NCBI GenBank assembly: GCA_022842685.1
Contig: JALHPC010000006.1
Coordinates: 26,053 to 90,052 of the forward strand
Source of the DNA: Candidatus Kapaibacterium sp.
GTDB lineage: Bacteria; Bacteroidota; Ignavibacteria; Kapaibacteriales; Kapaibacteriaceae
Reading direction: 5' to 3'
DNA: 64,000 bases
Shown here: positions 19,104-28,638 of the stretch, one piece after another
How the letters are laid out: every line of letters starts with the position of its first letter
How positions within the stretch are numbered: the first letter of the stretch is position 1
Notes under the pieces: generated by a model
Told to the model about the DNA's origin: nothing
Seen by the model: only the letters and a program-made list of their open reading frames with translations
The model's database searches: none
Position numbers and translations under genes: made by a program

Positions 19104-20058
19104 GACGACTCCGAGTTAGTTGTGCAGGAAGAGCAACGGCATACCACCACGTGACAGCAAGCGTCGCAACAATGATGACAAGATTAAGCACAAGTGGCAT
19201 GACTGGTGCATACCGCGTAACAAATGATTCGATAATAGCGGCAACAAGCACGAAGGGAACGATGCCGAGAGCTGTCATCACCACGGTACGTCCGGCATTC
19301 ACAAAGGCCTGCATACGAGTATAGGTACCAGGCATCATCATGGCCTTGGCTAGATGTATACCAGCTGCGCCGGCAATCACAAGTGTGCTTATCTCCATGG
19401 CTCCGTGTAGGTATACACCAAGAAGTGACGCACCTAACGCCCCATGAAGATAAAACAGTGTGTGAAACGACCCAAGCATGAAGCCATGATATAGGATGAT
19501 GACGGCGGGAACGACTATCGTAAGCAACCCCAGCACGGTGAGGCGCAACATCACAAAGAGATTGTTGAAAAAGATATAGGCAAACATGCCAACCGGTTGC
19601 ATGTCTTGATATACCCCCATTGGGTTGCCTTCTTTGATGTTGCGAATGGTCATGTCAACATAGCCGTGACCCAAAATTCCGCGTACAAAGTCCTCATCAA
19701 GTAGCGTTCCCACGACTCCAACAACTGTACTTACAGCTAGCAGCAGTGCGGCAACCAAGATGTCTGAGCGCAGTGCAGACATATGCATTGGCACCGTTTG
19801 TAGCCAAAATCGACGCAATGCAGCAATGCGATCCTTTCGCATGCGATACACCTCTTGATGCGCCTTAGCCGCAAGCTGATTCAAGTATCGCACAACGATG
19901 GTGTTCGGATATTGTGCTCGGGCAAACGCCAAGTCATCAACGATATCCATGTAGAGCATAGCTAAGCGTTCGGCGTCTCGCCCCTGCTTAAGCGCTATCT
20001 GCTCTTCGAAGGCCTGCCAGCGCTCGCTGCGGCGACGCACAAACTCCGACAGTCTCAT
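19096..20058 (-). CDS. Stage II sporulation protein M-like (DUF95) membrane protein
   Basis: About 6 TM. Architecture and context (RDD upstream, MoxR operon downstream) typical of the SpoIIM-like family. Confidence 0.45.
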   Translation of the reverse strand: MRLSEFVRRRSERWQAFEEQIALKQGRDAERLAMLYMDIVDDLAFARAQYPNTIVVRYLNQLAAKAHQEVYRMRKDRIAALRRFWLQTVPMHMSALRSDILVAALLLAVSTVVGVVGTLLDEDFVRGILGHGYVDMTIRNIKEGNPMGVYQDMQPVGMFAYIFFNNLFVMLRLTVLGLLTIVVPAVIILYHGFMLGSFHTLFYLHGALGASLLGVYLHGAMEISTLVIAGAAGIHLAKAMMMPGTYTRMQAFVNAGRTVVMTALGIVPFVLVAAIIESFVTRYAPVMPLVLNLVIIVATLAVTWWYAVALPAQLTRSRHV

Positions 20059-20103
20059 CGGTATTCTCCGGGCAAGATGGCACGATTGCGCTTCGCCATG
20101 GTA

Positions 20104-20850
20104 TTATCCTCGCAAGGCGGCATAGTCAGCAAGAACGGCCCGTAGAAACTCTTCGGCGCCCATTGACGTGTCTACGCCAAGTCGGCGTGCCACGCCGTCG
20201 CGCAGGGTCCACAACGCAGCCATACGCGCATCTACACGAATACTCGATCGGCCTGCCTCGTCGACGACATCTCGAATGGTCTGTATATCGGCATCACTCA
20301 GCCGGCTTACGCTTGGGAACACTAAGGCCCGCCTTTCCTCGGATGTCGTACATAGCGCAAGGACTTTCTCCAGCGATACAGGGGCTGGCTTGTTTACAAC
20401 AAGAGTACCAGCCACCATGTCGCCAAGACGTTGACTGCGCTTAGAAAACAGCACTACAACGAGTGCCATCGATCCAGTGGTTGCTAACACCTCTATCAAG
20501 AAGAACAGCCAGCGAATGGCTACATCTAAGAGCCCCAGTTGACGCCCATCCAAACGCACAACCCGAATGCCTACGCCCATCTTACCAAGCGTTTGCCCGC
20601 CTAGTAACAGCTCACTAACCATGGGATACATGATAGGTGCTATCGAAAGAGCAATGTACACCGCAATTCGCGCCTCACCTGGCAACATGGATAGCACGTC
20701 ATTCAGCATGGCCATCAACAAAAAAGAGCCGATATACAAAACGACTATCACCATTATATCGATGAGGAATGCACCTGCACGAGCAATAGCACTGGCAGGC
20801 TTTACATCAATATCAACATTGAGCGCCGTGGTTATGCCAGTGGTAATCAT
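20104..20850 (-). CDS. RDD family membrane protein
   Basis: RDD-family motif ...GGQTLGKMGVGIRVVRLDGRQ. 3 TM. Confidence 0.65.
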   Translation of the reverse strand: MITTGITTALNVDIDVKPASAIARAGAFLIDIMVIVVLYIGSFLLMAMLNDVLSMLPGEARIAVYIALSIAPIMYPMVSELLLGGQTLGKMGVGIRVVRLDGRQLGLLDVAIRWLFFLIEVLATTGSMALVVVLFSKRSQRLGDMVAGTLVVNKPAPVSLEKVLALCTTSEERRALVFPSVSRLSDADIQTIRDVVDEAGRSSIRVDARMAALWTLRDGVARRLGVDTSMGAEEFLRAVLADYAALRG

Positions 20851-20859
20851 GCTACATCC

Positions 20860-23226
20860 CTACCAGCGCCAGCGTATACCAAGGTGACCGCCAAGCTGCT
20901 CCAAACTCCAGTCGGCATCACTAACCATGCTGCCAAGCCACCGCGTGTACACCGTCTCTAACACAACATTGGTGCGAAACGAAATCGGATACGTAAACCC
21001 TACCCCGGCAAACACACCAACGTTGAAGGTATTCAAGCTTGACAGCGATTGCGGATCGACTCGGCGCTGCTGGGTACCGTCGGCAAACGTCACACTCGAT
21101 GGCTGTACTATCCGACGCTCCACAGTTACGGCACTGCCTAGCGAGGTCGATAGTTGCGCTCCGAAAATTCCGTACACACTCCTCGATGCATACAGCTCGG
21201 CAGCTGCCCCAATGGTTATCAAAGGGGCACCGACAGAAATATCGGTTCCCTCTTGGTAATCTACAAAGGTGCCGCTACCGGCGTCGAATACCGGTACAAC
21301 CAAGCTGTCGGGTGCCGTGAGCGTTCCACCAAGGGTTTGAACCGTTACACGGGCACCAACGCTAAGCCACGACGATAGCCGCTTGCCAATTACGCCGCCC
21401 AACCAGCCGCTCGTACCTTGGCCCGACGTAAACGGCGCTCCTGCAGATTGCACGTTGCCTGTAGCCAAGAAGTTCGGTCCGTGAAAACTGTGGTTAATCA
21501 CGGCATAGGCGCCGGCATACCACGCCTGGTCTTCGACGCATACAGCGTCGCGACCCTCGAACGTGAAATAGGCGTAGCGATCCGATTGTGCATCAAAGGC
21601 ATGACAAATGGTGATGAACGAGCTATTACCAGCAACGTCGATGGCTTCAAGCACGATGCGCCCCGACACGCCAGGAATGCTGGGGCGTACTCGCACGGTC
21701 GTCTGCGGTACTCCCTGCTCGATCTTCGGAATGGTTGCCTCAAGGGCGTAGGCATAGGCTACTCGTACCGACGCCATGCCGCGGTCGGTTGCACGATCGT
21801 CGCGAAACACTACGGTGTATTCGTCGCGGCGCGTGCCGCCCTCAACCAAGGGCGGCAAACTGTCGCGCCCCTGCCGGATTTCTTCGAACGACTGCCCCGA
21901 CATATTTCCGTAGGCGTCATACGCGTCACGGCCAAAGCCAAACCCATAGTTGTACAAACCAAAGGGGTCCGACCCCTTGATCGTATGCGTCCCAAACGGA
22001 ACCGCAACCTGTGCAAGACTGTAGCGGCTTTCGCCAAGACGCGTAAAGATCGTCGAGTCCAAACGGCGACCGTTCAAGCGAATATCTTTGATGCTCGACG
22101 TCGGCGTCACCACGTTGATATAGTGATGCCAGTCTCCGTCGATGGGCGTCGCAAAGCGATACTCGCGCAGGAACTGCTGCGTTGGGCTCACAAGAATCAT
22201 CATCGGATCGCCTACGCTGTCGCCATTCTTAAAGCCCTGCGCAAACTGCGCTACCAACACCGGCTTGTCGGCCGTTAACTGCACATGTCGCGTAAGATTA
22301 GCGCCCTCGTAAAACTCGCCCGGACGTAGCATGGCCACCAACCGCGAGTCTTCAAAAACCTTGGTGTCGACAGCAGATGCCAGCACTCGATAGTTATACT
22401 TTGTACGCTCCTTGATCATGCCCAGATAAAAGTGCTTACCCCACGACGACAACGGCGGCACCTGTTCGACCAAGTGATTACATGCCTCGATGCGCACTGG
22501 CACGTAGGCACATGTGTGGCCGCTGAACACGCTAATGGGCTTGTTCGAGGACACGAGCGAGCCCGTAACGTCCGATGCGCCAACAGACTCCCATTCGGCT
22601 TCGGCAGTATACACATCGCCTCGGCGCAGCTTTACGGTGTACGGCCTGTTGGGCAGTCGACCGCCCTTGATGAGGGCCGACGGCGTAATCGTAACTTCGG
22701 TGCCATCTTCGATGGCCACTATACTAAAGCCGCTTAGCAAGTCGGGAGCAAGCTTCGTATAACCCATCACACGATATTCAGTACCCAAGGCCTGAATAGG
22801 CAAGGCCATGTACGTGTCGGTGGTTTGATAGCGCGTGTTCAATCCGTACACGCTAATGTTCGAATCCGACGTAATGTGAATAGCCCGCCGCTCGGGCACA
22901 CCTACTGCAGATAGCATGACCGACGTAGGCATCAGCACGCTTACCACGCTGTTAGAACGCACTACGATGTTGGTATCCATACGAATACCCTCCACCTGAA
23001 TGCGCACACGTGCATCACTCGAACTTGTAATGAACAACTGCAACCGCCGCGTTTCGCCACCCTGACCTCGTGGCTGCGTCTTACTTTCGTCGCGAAAGTT
23101 CTTCATAAAACATATCCAGAACTCACGCCCTTCCGAGTTCTTGGGAAGTCGCTTACCGTCAGGGGGCACCGCCAACGCCGAAGCGGCGGCAAACACCCAA
23201 ACGATGTACACCAGTGCCCCCTTCAC
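20860..23226 (-). CDS. Large secreted protein with an N-terminal conserved Cys-motif domain (IgGFc-binding-N-like, tentative) and a C-terminal outer-membrane beta-barrel-like domain
   Basis: Shares a roughly 400-aa domain with the 27143..28477 paralog, including LGTEYRVMGYTKLAPDLLS and SGHTCAYVPVRIEACNHLVEQVPP. The C-terminal roughly 300 aa has an alternating beta-strand pattern ending in ...GIRWRW. The start was set at GTG (VKGALVYIVWVFAAASALA signal) abutting the upstream stop. Confidence 0.45.
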   Translation of the reverse strand: MKGALVYIVWVFAAASALAVPPDGKRLPKNSEGREFWICFMKNFRDESKTQPRGQGGETRRLQLFITSSSDARVRIQVEGIRMDTNIVVRSNSVVSVLMPTSVMLSAVGVPERRAIHITSDSNISVYGLNTRYQTTDTYMALPIQALGTEYRVMGYTKLAPDLLSGFSIVAIEDGTEVTITPSALIKGGRLPNRPYTVKLRRGDVYTAEAEWESVGASDVTGSLVSSNKPISVFSGHTCAYVPVRIEACNHLVEQVPPLSSWGKHFYLGMIKERTKYNYRVLASAVDTKVFEDSRLVAMLRPGEFYEGANLTRHVQLTADKPVLVAQFAQGFKNGDSVGDPMMILVSPTQQFLREYRFATPIDGDWHHYINVVTPTSSIKDIRLNGRRLDSTIFTRLGESRYSLAQVAVPFGTHTIKGSDPFGLYNYGFGFGRDAYDAYGNMSGQSFEEIRQGRDSLPPLVEGGTRRDEYTVVFRDDRATDRGMASVRVAYAYALEATIPKIEQGVPQTTVRVRPSIPGVSGRIVLEAIDVAGNSSFITICHAFDAQSDRYAYFTFEGRDAVCVEDQAWYAGAYAVINHSFHGPNFLATGNVQSAGAPFTSGQGTSGWLGGVIGKRLSSWLSVGARVTVQTLGGTLTAPDSLVVPVFDAGSGTFVDYQEGTDISVGAPLITIGAAAELYASRSVYGIFGAQLSTSLGSAVTVERRIVQPSSVTFADGTQQRRVDPQSLSSLNTFNVGVFAGVGFTYPISFRTNVVLETVYTRWLGSMVSDADWSLEQLGGHLGIRWRW

Positions 23227-24032
23227 TTCTGCACCACAAAGGTGTGATAGTGGGATGTGGTTGGCGATACAAGCTGGAAGATGTAGACACCGCTGGAAAG
23301 ACTCCACGTGTCGGGTACAAACTCCTTGGTATACGTCCCGGCCTGAAGCTCCTCGCTTGGTAGCTCGGCGTACAACTTGCCTGCAACATCACGGATGAAG
23401 TAGCGAACGGTGCCCGCTTGCGCGATAGAATATCGAAACTCTGTGCGACTAACGACCGGATTTGGTGCGTTGCCGCTGACGCCCTCGGTAAGCGTAGGAC
23501 GCGGACCGCCTTCGGATATCCGCACAAGACCACCCTGCAACTCGACATCAGAGCGCTCGACGCCGTTCACGAGGACACGAAGCGGTCGTAGCGTGCCCTC
23601 GACGTCCGTCGTGGGAAGACCAGTAATGGTTAACATGGCAACAACACCGTCAGCAACAGCTTGCGCCGTGTTGCACTCAATGCTAAACTCACCGTCGGTG
23701 CGGCCGTTCACGACCACATTGGTCGGATCGATGGCCGGACACAGCAGCGCGGCTGCTCCGCCACCAACGGCGCCAGACGGGCGAAACGTGCTGGGCGTAA
23801 ATCCGAATATTATGCGGACGGCAGCGTTTGCCGGAACGTTGAGTGTACCCGTAATTGGCACCGAAGCGCGCTCAAGCGCCCCAACAGTGGTTACAGGAGG
23901 TATACGTATGGCGTCGGCCGCCATGGCTATGGCATGGGCGGCTACGAGGATGGCTGCGGCGGTACTGCGAATCACTGGGACACTGATAGGTAGGAACGCA
24001 ATATACGGCGGGTAGAAGAGGCAGACGGCCAA
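23223..24032 (-). CDS. Secreted protein with T9SS C-terminal sorting domain
   Basis: The C-terminus ...GVYIFQLVSPTTSHYHTFVVQK resembles Por_Secre_tail. Signal-like segment TAAAILVAAHAIAMA. Confidence 0.5.
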   Translation of the reverse strand: MAVCLFYPPYIAFLPISVPVIRSTAAAILVAAHAIAMAADAIRIPPVTTVGALERASVPITGTLNVPANAAVRIIFGFTPSTFRPSGAVGGGAAALLCPAIDPTNVVVNGRTDGEFSIECNTAQAVADGVVAMLTITGLPTTDVEGTLRPLRVLVNGVERSDVELQGGLVRISEGGPRPTLTEGVSGNAPNPVVSRTEFRYSIAQAGTVRYFIRDVAGKLYAELPSEELQAGTYTKEFVPDTWSLSSGVYIFQLVSPTTSHYHTFVVQK

Positions 24033-24041
24033 AAACGCACG

Positions 24042-26006
24042 CTAAAACTCCTGCAGAGCTACAACATCGTAGCCCAACTCTCGATTTCCACAAATGATGT
24101 AGGTGACGCTGCTGCCCAGCGGTACGACGTCGATAGGTAGTCGAAAGAGCTCGGCAAACGTCGACGTGTCGTAAAAGTACATCGACCCGCGCCGAGCCGT
24201 AGTCGTCACGTCTAGCCCACTCATGCGGCCATACTCCAAATCGCGATACAGGTGGGCTGCATCGGGCGTTTGCGCCGGAACAGAGTCGAAGGCAACCGAT
24301 ACGAATTGGACGTCGGACGTAAGGTTGACGGCGCGCCGCGCCGTGCGCCCAAGCACGGTAGGAAGCGGCAGCGTTACAAACTCCTCGAGGCGTACTTGTC
24401 CGTCGCGTTCGGTTGCCACCACAAGCGTTCGGTCGTCGATTCGCGCTGTAGCGCTGCGGTTGGCCGTACCGGCTTGGATGTTAACGGATCCCGGATCGAC
24501 CGACGTCGACACCGAATTGCGATAAAACACGGTACCACTCGAAACGGCTCGGCCAATCGTAACCGGCAGCGATGGCTGTCGATTGGTGGCGTTAACAAAT
24601 CGCAGAAACACTCCCTGTGGGGTTGCCTGTAGCTGGCGATCGGCTTCGTCGATGCTCAGCAAGAAAGTCGTTAGCCCCGATGGGTCTCCGTCAACGATAA
24701 GGATGTAGTCGCCTCCGGCCTGAATCTCGGTTCGGCTTACATGCAACACAGTGGTTGGCGTTCGGGCTGTGCTTACGGTAAACGGCAGCTCGCCCGCATT
24801 CACCAGCAGAGCTGGCGCGGCAGCACCGGGTTCTAGTCCGGAGGCGATCGTAGCGCCGGCACTGATACCGTTGGACGCCGAGGCATCCGACCGGCCGCCG
24901 ATAGATACGTTTACGGCGCCTATCGACGGGGCAGCGTGCACAACGCGAAGGCGCGCCTGGCCGCTGGCAGGATTTACAGGTGCTGACTGCGGAATGACAA
25001 CCGACCGAACGTCGGACGCATCGCCGTACACAACCATGGTCATGCGTTGTCGCACGCCAAACGACGTCGAATCGGTTACCGATGGTCCACCGTCGAGCGT
25101 AACAGTATACTTGTCGGCCTCTACCTGCAAGCAGGCGCCCACGGTGGCTACAGTGCTAACGCGGCGGCTTGCAACCTGCGAGGCAACGACTTGTCCGCTG
25201 GCAAGGCGTACCGTAGCCGGAAAGGCCGTGGTGTTCACCACGCGCATCTCTCCGGTGCGCTCGGCCACGCGCGGCAGCGGAATCTCGGCGCCAGCCGACG
25301 TGTCGGTTTCATTCACCATCATCAGCCGTGGCTGGCCCGAGGCAATGTCGGTAAATACAACAATCATGCTTGCCGAGCCAGCAGCTACCGTGGCCTCGTA
25401 CAGCCCAATCGTGCGTTCACCGCCAAACGCATCGCGTTCGATAACCGAGACAACCGAAGGCCCAGGGGGCAAATCGGCATAGAGCGAAGCCCCCTTATAT
25501 GGTACGGGAGATGGGGTAAGATTGGGGCCGCTGGGACATCCCCTGCGCAGGATAAACTGAACAGAGCTATCGCGGTAGGCGTTCATGAGCCGCAGCGAGC
25601 CAACGGCAGAGCGGCCAAAAGGGACAACTACGGAGCGAACGATGGCTGTATCGGCAGCTAGCGAGCCATTGGCGGGTGCCATGGCAATAATGTTGGCAAT
25701 GGTATTGCGCGAAAACGTCTGTCGGCGGAACGACCTGAACTCGGTTGTACCTGCCTGCGACACTTCGAGGAACGACGAGTCGGTAGGAGCCGGAATCGTG
25801 GCGGCTACTTGGGCATATACTTGCGGCTGCGACTGAAAGCCATCGTCGAGCAGGAGCGATCGGGGGCGTCCGTCTGGCACGAGGTTCAGAAAACGCAGGG
25901 CAATGCCCGTACGAGAGGGCGGTGGGTTTACCAAATCGGGGTCTTCGCTGGCACAGCTTATGGCTACCAGGGCAAGAGCGAGGAACAGTCGTGGGTGAAA
26001 AAACAT
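24042..26006 (-). CDS. DUF4397-repeat lipoprotein
   Basis: Lipobox LALALVAISCAS. Repeated (L/V)R(F/V)(V/L)N..P....V motifs: IALRFLNLVPDG, ARLRVVHAAPSIGAVNV, GVFLRFVNATNRQPSLPV. Confidence 0.5.
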   Translation of the reverse strand: MFFHPRLFLALALVAISCASEDPDLVNPPPSRTGIALRFLNLVPDGRPRSLLLDDGFQSQPQVYAQVAATIPAPTDSSFLEVSQAGTTEFRSFRRQTFSRNTIANIIAMAPANGSLAADTAIVRSVVVPFGRSAVGSLRLMNAYRDSSVQFILRRGCPSGPNLTPSPVPYKGASLYADLPPGPSVVSVIERDAFGGERTIGLYEATVAAGSASMIVVFTDIASGQPRLMMVNETDTSAGAEIPLPRVAERTGEMRVVNTTAFPATVRLASGQVVASQVASRRVSTVATVGACLQVEADKYTVTLDGGPSVTDSTSFGVRQRMTMVVYGDASDVRSVVIPQSAPVNPASGQARLRVVHAAPSIGAVNVSIGGRSDASASNGISAGATIASGLEPGAAAPALLVNAGELPFTVSTARTPTTVLHVSRTEIQAGGDYILIVDGDPSGLTTFLLSIDEADRQLQATPQGVFLRFVNATNRQPSLPVTIGRAVSSGTVFYRNSVSTSVDPGSVNIQAGTANRSATARIDDRTLVVATERDGQVRLEEFVTLPLPTVLGRTARRAVNLTSDVQFVSVAFDSVPAQTPDAAHLYRDLEYGRMSGLDVTTTARRGSMYFYDTSTFAELFRLPIDVVPLGSSVTYIICGNRELGYDVVALQEF

Positions 26007-26069
26007 GCAGTGGCAATGGTAATCGCGCCGGAACGAACGGCAAGTTGCGATATTTTTGTCGGTTCATCC

Positions 26070-27146
26070 ATGACAGACAAATTACAGAGCATCATTGACC
26101 GCTACGTGGCGGTAGAACACGAGCTGAACGATCCGACGCTGGCGTCGGACGCAAAGCGCCTGCGCGACGTATCGCGCGAGTACGCCCGGCTGGGTCCCGT
26201 GGTAACGTCGGCCCGCGAGTGGCTGCGCCTTACGGCGCAGCTCGACGAGAACCGCGCCATGGCTGCGGACACGTCGATCGACGCCCCTTTCAGGGAGTTA
26301 GTATGGGAGGACATTCGCGAACTGGAGCAACGTCTGCAAGAGCTCGAGGAGGAGTTACGAATACTGTTACTGCCGAAGGATCCGCAGGACGAGAAGAACT
26401 GCATCGTCGAAATCCGCGCCGGAACGGGCGGCGACGAAGCTGCGATTTTTGCTGGCGACCTGTTTAGGATGTATCAGCGGTTTTGTGAACAACGTGGTTG
26501 GCCCCTAGCAGTAATCGACATGACCGAGGGTGTTATGGGCGGCTACAAGGAAATCACCTTCGAGGTAGAGGGCGACGAGGCCTTTGGTACGTTGAAGTAC
26601 GAGAGTGGCGTGCACCGCGTGCAGCGTGTGCCCGAGACCGAGGCCCAGGGTCGCATACACACCTCGGCGGCTACTGTGGCCGTGCTGCCGGAAGCCGAAG
26701 AGGTAGACGTCGAGATAAACCCTGGCGACCTACGTATCGACATCTTTCGGTCGGGTGGCAAGGGCGGACAAAACGTCAACAAGGTAGAAACTGCCGTGCG
26801 CATTGTTCACCTGCCGACAAACATCGTTGTGCAATGTCAGGACGAGCGTTCGCAGTTGAAGAACCGCGAGAAGGCCATGAAGGTGTTACGCTCGCGCCTG
26901 TACGACCTGGAGCTGGAGAAGCACAACGCAGCCATTGCCGGCGCGCGCAAAAGCATGGTTAAGAGTGGCGACCGCAGCGAGAAGATTCGCACGTACAACT
27001 GGCCGCAGAACCGGGTAACCGACCACCGCCTGGAGGGCGATGCGAAGAACTATCCGCTGCAACAGGTTGTGGATGGCGATATCGCACCGATTATCGAGGC
27101 GCTACAAATTGCCGAGCGCATGCAGGAGCTGGGCGACGCTGCCTAG
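26070..27146 (+). CDS. prfA: Peptide chain release factor 1
   Basis: GGQ motif (SGGKGGQNVNKVETAVRIVHLPT). RF1-type discriminator region RVQRVPETEAQGRIHTSAATV (PxT position reads PET). About 358 aa. The start was set at MTDKLQS. Confidence 0.9.
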   Translation: MTDKLQSIIDRYVAVEHELNDPTLASDAKRLRDVSREYARLGPVVTSAREWLRLTAQLDENRAMAADTSIDAPFRELVWEDIRELEQRLQELEEELRILLLPKDPQDEKNCIVEIRAGTGGDEAAIFAGDLFRMYQRFCEQRGWPLAVIDMTEGVMGGYKEITFEVEGDEAFGTLKYESGVHRVQRVPETEAQGRIHTSAATVAVLPEAEEVDVEINPGDLRIDIFRSGGKGGQNVNKVETAVRIVHLPTNIVVQCQDERSQLKNREKAMKVLRSRLYDLELEKHNAAIAGARKSMVKSGDRSEKIRTYNWPQNRVTDHRLEGDAKNYPLQQVVDGDIAPIIEALQIAERMQELGDAA

Positions 27147-28477
27147 CGCGATTTGGTGGGCGCCCACATTGGCGTGTAACTCCATGCGTCAAACGCCATT
27201 ACTGCGTTGGTTTTGCCGGTGCCCCATAGCGACACAGAACAGCCGGGAGGAACCTGTAGAATCTGGGCTGCATTGGAAAGCGACACCGCAACAGTCGACA
27301 CCTGACCATCGATGGACTGTCGGTCGAGTGTAGCTCCGGCAGCTATCGACGTGCGAAACGCCTCGATGGCAGCGGTAGGCCCGGTTATGAGAGCTGCTGC
27401 ATCCCACAGATCGATTGGCACGGGCGAATAGATGCGCCCCTCGGTGCCCACCATGCTTGCAGGCGTAACGATGGCATAGCTGGGGTCGCCAACTGAATCG
27501 CCGTTCCGAAAGCCCTGCGAGAAGGACGCAACAAGCACTGGATGTGTAGCGATGATGGCCAAAGGTTGCGAACTTGACAGCTCGTGGAATTTGCCGGCAG
27601 CCAGCGTAATTGGCTCTTGGTCGCTTATGGTCAGCCGAGTGTCGTCGTAATGCGCCAAAATCCGAAGGGTACCGCGGGAGCGGTTGTATGGCACCGAAGT
27701 AAAATGCTGATCGCCCCAGCGATTTACCGGTGGCATCTGTTCTAGGAGAACATTACATGCCTCGATACGGGCGGGAACATAGGCACACGTATGGCCCGAA
27801 ACTACACTCACGGGCTTGGATGACCGCACAAGAGTGCCTGTAAGATCGCATGTGCCCTCGGTGTTCCATTTAGCACTCAAGCTTAGGGTCTGTCCCGCCA
27901 TTAACCGAACGGTGGTAACATCGGATTCGAGCGGCGTGCTGGGTTCAATCGTAACGTCGGTGTTGTTTTCGATAGCGGTAACGGTGGCCGTCGACAGTAA
28001 ATCGGGCGCAAGCTTGGTATAGCACATCAGGCGATATTCTGTGCCCAGTAACTGTACAGGCCATGGCCGAAAGCTCTCTGATGTTTGAAATCTAACCGAG
28101 GTAACCGTTGCGGCTATTGGCCGCGGGCTGGTAATAGTAAACGAGCGGTTGGACGCTTCCTGGGCGGTACGGCTAACCTCGGTGGCAACGGCGTCCACGC
28201 TAACGTAGGTAACCGCGCTCGTGCCAACCGATACCGATGTATCCAGCACTCCAGGAACAACAACTCGGGCAGTGGTTGCCTGCCTTGCCGAAAGTGCAAT
28301 CACGATGTTGCTTGGATGAGGCGGCTTCGTTTGAACAATCCCAAGCCGGGCTGGATCGTTGCGAAAGTTCTGTGGCACAGCAAAAACAAATCGTGTGCCT
28401 TCTAACGACGAGGGCTGCTGGGCAAATGCCGTCGTTACGAGTAGCGGCAGGAAGAGAACAAGACGAAGGAGTTGCAT
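27143..28477 (-). CDS. Secreted paralog of the N-terminal domain of the 20860..23226 protein (IgGFc-binding-N-like, tentative)
   Basis: Signal peptide MQLLRLVLFLPLLVTTAFAQQ. Motifs LGTEYRLMCYTKLAPDLLS and SGHTCAYVPARIEACNVLLEQMPP are shared with the paralog. The 3' end overlaps prfA by 4 nt (convergent). Confidence 0.5.
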   Translation of the reverse strand: MQLLRLVLFLPLLVTTAFAQQPSSLEGTRFVFAVPQNFRNDPARLGIVQTKPPHPSNIVIALSARQATTARVVVPGVLDTSVSVGTSAVTYVSVDAVATEVSRTAQEASNRSFTITSPRPIAATVTSVRFQTSESFRPWPVQLLGTEYRLMCYTKLAPDLLSTATVTAIENNTDVTIEPSTPLESDVTTVRLMAGQTLSLSAKWNTEGTCDLTGTLVRSSKPVSVVSGHTCAYVPARIEACNVLLEQMPPVNRWGDQHFTSVPYNRSRGTLRILAHYDDTRLTISDQEPITLAAGKFHELSSSQPLAIIATHPVLVASFSQGFRNGDSVGDPSYAIVTPASMVGTEGRIYSPVPIDLWDAAALITGPTAAIEAFRTSIAAGATLDRQSIDGQVSTVAVSLSNAAQILQVPPGCSVSLWGTGKTNAVMAFDAWSYTPMWAPTKSR

Positions 28478-28571
28478 ACGACATTCCCAATTGTAGCATG
28501 TACAGAGGGCGGTGCAACCTTCGTTGCCCACGTATGTTACATCAGCACAGTTCTCGTTCCTGTTTTATGTA

Positions 28572-28607
28572 CAAAAAAGGGTCGCCGGCAACGTTGCACG
28601 ACGACCC
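28572..28607 (-). terminator. Rho-independent terminator downstream of the DoxX gene
   Basis: On the minus strand: GGGGTCG...CGACCC stem enclosing the palindrome GCAACGTTGC, followed by TTTTTTG. Confidence 0.5.
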
Positions 28608-28638
28608 CCTGTGGTGAAGTGAGATTGGGGAGCTTGTT

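Noticed and set aside
21418-22278. 286-aa ORF antisense within the large secreted protein gene; also 24751..25482 and 25047..25661 within the DUF4397 gene
   Set aside because: They are Arg-rich and low-complexity, antisense to genes with clear signal peptides and conserved motifs.
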